A DNA stretch of 64,000 nucleotides from the human T2T-CHM13v2.0 reference genome, Homo sapiens, in NCBI RefSeq assembly GCF_009914755.1, contig NC_060929.1; one strand, given 5' to 3'. The stretch's first letter is position 1. Every line of letters begins with the position of its first letter. A program made the translations under genes and the position numbers. Shown here piece by piece: positions 57,746-64,000 of this stretch. Under the pieces are notes generated by a model that saw nothing but the letters and a program-made list of their open reading frames with translations, was not told the DNA's origin and searched no databases.

Positions 57746-60266
57746 GCTTTTACTACATTTTTAAAATGAAGATAACAGAAAAGAAATCTGTATATAGAAG
57801 GGTTGCAAAGTTCTTAGAAACTAGATTATAAAATGGAGATAAAACCTGTAATTTGTTAGTTGGGAAGTCTGAGTGGTGGGAAGCTGGATCTGAGTCTGAG
57901 CCCTCACTTTTGCCTTTGTAGGTAGGGTGATCCTAGGCAAATTATGTAATACCTTTCACTTTAATAGTTTTAAAGTAATTATTTGCAAATTATAATACCT
58001 CCTATTATTGTTATATTTATGTCACAGGTAATATAAACACTTGGCAAAAAATAGGGTATTTAAAAAAATTGTTTTACATGGGGGAATAAGAATAGTTTTT
58101 ACCAGGCATAAAATCCACTTGGATTATGGGATGAGTTTATTATTATCATGGTGCAATTAGCAAATACTAATTATCTCTGTATGCACGCTGCCATCTTTAA
58201 TTTCAATTAAGCTCAATTTTTGTCTAAAATCTGATCTTCAATTAAGGGAATCACAGAGTATTTTGTTTCATTTAATTTTAACCGGGAGTGGTGTGTATAC
58301 TTGCAGCTGGTAGTTCTTCTTGGCCGCTCTTCCTTCAGTGTGTCTTAGCCCACCATTGTTCTGCTTGACTGCCCCATTCTGGCTGGGGAGGTGCACAGGC
58401 CTATTATATTACTACTGCAGAAGTCACAGTGACATTGTGGCCTTCCTCATATTTCTCTCTTTCTTACCACCCCTTTACTCCTAGGGATAAGCTGGCTCTG
58501 AAGAACAAGAGCAACTGTGTTTTTCTTAAAACAAGTTGTTATTAGTAGGAAAATTAACAGGCATTAATGATGAACTCTTCCAGTGAAAGCATTTTTTAAC
58601 TCTTTTACACCCCTGTGATGGTCCAGCTCTGGAGACTTCACAGAGGCAGGCAGTCTATCAGCTTCTTTCCTTTGCATTAAATATAATTGCGTGCCACTAA
58701 TACTGTAGGCTAGAAACTAGCATTTATTACCAAATACATCACTAATCTTTCAAATAAAAACACTGGCACATCAGCTATCACATGGATACCGTTTTATAGT
58801 CAAATAAAGACTCAAAGCATCAGTGCTACAGTCTGTCTGGGTTTGGAATATTTTTATGCACTGCTGTGAGAAAAGCAGGTGCACTCACACATCTATTTCT
58901 AAGATTTGTCTATTTTGTCAGATGATTTGGGTTTAAAATTTCTGCAGATGTCAATTTAAGCCATTTTTGCTATTAGTAGAACAGTTTAGAAGTTAGCTCT
59001 TGTAAGTCTCACAGATATATATTTCCTGTGGAATGACTTAAATCCAAAGTTAGCTCAAAATGAAACCCTCCCCCTCTGAATATTGCTGTTTCAGCCTCAC
59101 AATCTTTTCCAGTCATAGTATCAATACTCCTTTGCAATTTCTTTTGCTGCCCTCTAGCCCTTGGCTTCACCTTCCATTACTGTATTTCCTTGATGAGAGC
59201 ATGGACCAGGCTCTGAGGTATAGAAAGAAGGAGTCCATAGATTGTGGACTAGGTGGGCCAGCTTTGTCATTGAAGTCTTGAGAGTGCATAATGGGGCCCA
59301 TCTGTCTATAATAGTCAGTGTCTGTTCACTGATATTGGCATCCTGGTGAGAAGTGTGAGCTAGATTGGTAATTTAGCATTTCATCCTAAAGCGAAAGTTT
59401 CTATGAACCAACATCATGTAGACTAATGCCCTTGCTTAACAAAAGAAGTCATCAACTAGTAATTCCATATCCTTTCATACTGTGCTCTGCCACCTCTCCA
59501 CTGCCCCAATCCTTTTTTTGTAAAATCATCTGATCAAATAATATCTCCTGTCTTTCAATTACTTTCATATTATTATATTTATTTTTCTTAAATTACCTAC
59601 AAGGAAATGTCTTCTCAGTTACCTCAAGGTTAAGGTCAATTAGCTCCATTTGCTTAGTAGTGTGTGCATTGTGAAGCAATAATATATCTAAATTAAGCAA
59701 AATTTAATCTCCCATAAAATTATGGTTCGTTATATCTAAAATATCTTTTGTTATATGTTTTGTAGAACAGAGTTTTTAGTCAACCTTGATTTTTTTGTTA
59801 AAGAAGGAATTTTCTTTCTTAAGGAAGAATGCTGTCTAAATACAAATTATTGTTATTGTGGATACTAATGACCTTTATTAAAAATTAAATTTTTTTGTAT
59901 TGAAATTTAAAATTTAAAAACACCTTCCTTTTGCCAGAACCCAAATATTCCTGATAAAGATCAAAGGTCACAGAATTAAATTAAAATGATCCAGTAGTAA
60001 AATAGCAAAGTATTTAATAAATTCTTTTCACAATTGCTTAAATTATGTGAAAAGGTTTATCAAAACATCTAGGACCATCTTAAATTACAACACAGTATTT
60101 ACTCAAAGAAGTCTCAGGAGAAGTCACAATAGATCCATCTGGAAGGATTTCAACCTCCGCAAAAAGATAGCCATGTTTAAAAACGAAACCCAAACTAGAA
60201 ACACAAATCATTTTCCTCATTTAATTTTTAAATATATTTAAGTCATTTTCCATTGTATTATAGGTA

Positions 60267-60313
60267 TTAAAAGTAATGGCAGAAACAGCAATTACTTTTG
60301 CACTGGCCTAATA
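60267..60313. mobile_element. MADE1 (Hsmar1 MITE) half element
   Basis: aaaagtaatggcagaaacagcaattacttttgcactggcctaata resembles one MADE1 arm. Confidence 0.75.
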
Positions 60314-60966
60314 GCTCAATTTTAATAATCAAAGATGCTAGCCATTAGGGTACAAATAATGGGCATATTTCTACTCTAGTAGAATGTTTTTAACTATTGT
60401 TTGTATTGGTCAAAAAACCAAAGCAATATTGTAAAATTGGGGTGTCATTTACCGTACCCCAAAAGCAATGTGTCTGAAAGAAATAATTCACTATGGTGTG
60501 TGCTTCAGAGGGAACTGGAATATGGAGCTTGAAAACTAGAAGGAAGAGAATGGACATCTTAAAACTATTTTAACAACAACAAAAAACGAGCAATAAACAT
60601 GACATTTTAAAAAAAGGATAGACTGTAACTCCTAAGGAAATCTTGTTTCCCCCTGTGACGTTGAGTCTGTATTCTGCTGCAGTCTTAACCATCTCATTCA
60701 ACAGTGGCCGCTTGACCATCTCATTCAACAGTGCCCAAGACAGTCATTTTTCAGCCAAGGCTCTCAAAAGCTAAAGCCAGGTAAAGGTGTTAGGTACTTT
60801 TAATTTAGATTAATTAATCAATTTTGATACATAGGAATGAAACATTTAAGTCTTTCCTTAAGTTTATTATTTTAATACCTAAAGAGATAGACTATATGGC
60901 AATAGTGAACTTAATTATTTAATTGAACTTAGCTTTAAACATTTTATTGTTAATATTGTTGTTGGG

Positions 60967-61268
60967 TTTTTTTTTTTTTTTTTTTTTTGAGACTGAGTCT
61001 CGCTCTGTCACTCAGGCTGGGGTACAGTGGTGCTATCTCAGCTCACTGCAACCTCCGCCTCCTGGGTTCAAGCAGTTCTCTGCCTCAGCCTCCCGAGTAG
61101 CTGGGATTGCAGGCGCCCACCACCACGCCCTGCTAATTTTTGTTTTTTTAGTAGAGATGCGGTTTCACCATCTTGGCCAGGCTGGTCTTGAACTCCTGAC
61201 CTCGTGATTCACCCGCCTCGGGCCTCCCAAAGTGCTGGGATTACAGGCGTGAGCCACTGTGCCTGGCC
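60967..61268 (-). mobile_element. AluS (Sg/Sx4-like)
   Basis: Poly(T) and antisense dimer with cctgacctcgtgat. Confidence 0.92.
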
Positions 61269-62640
61269 ATGTTGGTTTTAACTACCACTGCAAACAAAGG
61301 GGTTATCGTTTATAGACTTCCATACTTGATTTGACTTGGAAGACAAAACCATTAGCTAAATGGGACTGGTAAAGAATTTTCAGGTCATTCAGAATTGACT
61401 AAGATTTGGAGAAACAGTCATAGCTGCTGGAACAATGTGAGTTCACAAGTGCTGCTGAATAGATAGTTCTTTAAGTGATCCACAACAAGTCAGCCTGACC
61501 CAATTACATGGGTCTTTGTCCAACTCACCCACAACATTTAGACTTGTTGGCAGCATTGAAGTAAAATAGAAATATGAACTTTATAAGATCAATAAAATGG
61601 CATTACATCTTGAATTTAATTTAGATTTAACCAGGGACTTGAACTGACATGAACCATGAACCAAAAGCTAGACAAAACTGTACTAATTTGCCAATCTTTC
61701 TTTTCCTACCAAAAGGAAGAGAAAAAGCTATCAGAGTGGTTCACACTGCAACCTCACCTAGATTTATATTTTCTCAGATTATTCATTGTAAAAGATACTA
61801 GATATTTGTCAGCCAAACTTGAATATAATATTTAGTTGGAAAAAACTTTACCTCTATAAAGGAAAGAATGGATGTGGTTTGTCCCTATTTCATGGTAGCC
61901 TGATAAATTTTTAAAAAGTACATCGATTGGATAAAAGATTGATAAACATATTGAATAATTAAAAGGAATGATAATTTAATTATTGAATAATTTTAGTTAT
62001 GATGTAACTTAAGGGATATTGGTATAATTATTAAGTGAGAAAATATTTACTTTATCTTTTAATCAGAAATAAATACATTAATATATGTATATTTAAATAT
62101 TTCTGTATATTATTTTTTAATCAATAGAATTACATTTATAGACACATAGAACTCTTATAGTGACTGAACCTACAGGAAATGAATAGTGACAATGAAGGTA
62201 ATATCCAATGTTTGGCATTGTGTATATTAGACTGCACCTTTTGTTCAGAAAATAGTTACATAGCTCTTTTAAAGTCAATAATAATAATCATAAACAAGAT
62301 AATCCCATCAGCACAAGTCAGTCTTACTCTGTATATTAATTTAGCATAGTATTACACTTAATGAATTATCATTAATCATAAATATGTTTTTACATGTGCA
62401 TATTTAAGGTCTTTAACATTTGCAGTCTTGGTTTTTCTGAAGGCCTAAGCTAAAAGACATTCATTTCAAATCTGAAAAGCAGCATAATCAGTCTTTTGAA
62501 CCTACTGCAATCAATATCTATGCAAATGGGGTGGTTATGGAATTTACACTGCTTTGTCAATCAATCACTAGTCAAGTTCCCACCTTACACTCAATGTACT
62601 AATAGATTTTTTTTTTCTTTTTAAAGAGACAGTGATTTCT

Positions 62641-63100
<460 letters not shown>

Positions 63101-63479
63101 TAGGTGGTAGTAGTTGGGGAAGGTGGCTTCCTGAGCTCCACCTGCTGGGCTTCCCATGGCCCAGTAGTTGGCCCCTGAATTCTTAGAAAGAGAAAAAGAT
63201 CTTTGGGAATTCAGAGGTGGTTGAACTAGCATCCCCAGAGCATTCATCATTTGCTTCTTGCCCACTAGGAGAGAGATCTTCAGTGTAGATCTGGGCAAAA
63301 GAAGGGCTCTGTCTTTTGCCTTGATCATCACCTAAAGTTCTATACTTATGTTAAAGAGAAAAAAGACTGAAATATACAAGGCAGGGAAAGTCTGGTGTAA
63401 CAGCACTTCCAATACACAAAACAAAACAAGAACTAGTTTTTTTTTTTTTTTTTTTTTTTTGGCTGCCTGTAACCACAGC

Positions 63480-63760
63480 ATGAGTCTTCAGTCTAGAGGA
63501 CTGTTGAAGAGGCTAATGCATAAGGCTGTCTTGGTATGGGGTAAAAAAGGAAGTTAATAATTCCCCTGTTCTTTGAACTGGTCAGATTACATCTGGTGGA
63601 TTGCATTGAGCTGTATTCTGAAACATTTAAGAAGGATTCTGAGTAGCTTCAACCTGTATAGAAGAGGATGACTCAGATGGTGAGGAAGCTGAAAATGTTA
63701 TTTTTAAAGTAGAGAGGTTATAGGTAAAATGTGTTGTTGCTTTTCAAATATTAAAAACTT
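63480..63760 (+). mobile_element. L3/CR1 fragment
   Basis: actggtcagattacatctgg ... acatttaagaagga motifs. Confidence 0.45.
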
Positions 63761-63777
63761 ATCCATAGTCTCAGTAT

Positions 63778-64000
63778 GTGAGTTAGGAATTAAGTTCCTA
63801 ATTAAGTTGTGGATAACAAGAATATACACATAAGGGTTGTTCTCTTATATAAACAGAGTCTGGAGATAGTAAAGCAGCTCCATAAAGTCACTGAGTACTC
63901 CGACTCTGATATCCTTCATGTATGATTATTTCCATCCTCAAGATCACCTTGTGGTAAGTTGCTCAGACTCTTGCAATCACATCCTTTTTCCAGACAGCAG
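63778..64000 (-). mobile_element. MLT1J-like LTR, running off the window
   Basis: gttctcttatataaacagagtctggag and ccatcctcaagatcaccttgtgg motifs. Confidence 0.5.

Overview
Human genomic DNA, inferred from a diagnostic AluYa5 and primate L1PA, THE1 and MST elements. The window lies inside the autophagy E2-like gene ATG10, on the + strand. The only host coding sequence is one 108-bp, phase-0/phase-0 exon (21151-21258) encoding DCSDGYMCKIHFQIKNGSVMSHLGASTHGQTCLPME, which I recognise as ATG10 residues 37-72. The rest is intron, dense with transposable elements: about 13 Alus/FLAM, a full-length MSTA with both LTRs and TSD, a twin-primed 5'-inverted L1PA3, a THE1 solo LTR split by an L1PA5, a second L1PA5 with both termini and a perfect TSD but about 3.3 kb missing at a multi-template junction, a full-length 7SL retrocopy, and many old L1M, L2, MIR, MLT and DNA-transposon relics. 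I see no evidence of a new multi-gene system, and the long ORFs in the track are repeat-derived. The best leads are the weak acceptor and inverted repeats around the skippable exon, several template-switch scars (one 64 nt from the exon donor), probable polymorphic insertions or duplications, and candidate enhancers at 58-62.6 kb. Subfamily names and old-repeat boundaries come from recalled consensus motifs and are approximate.
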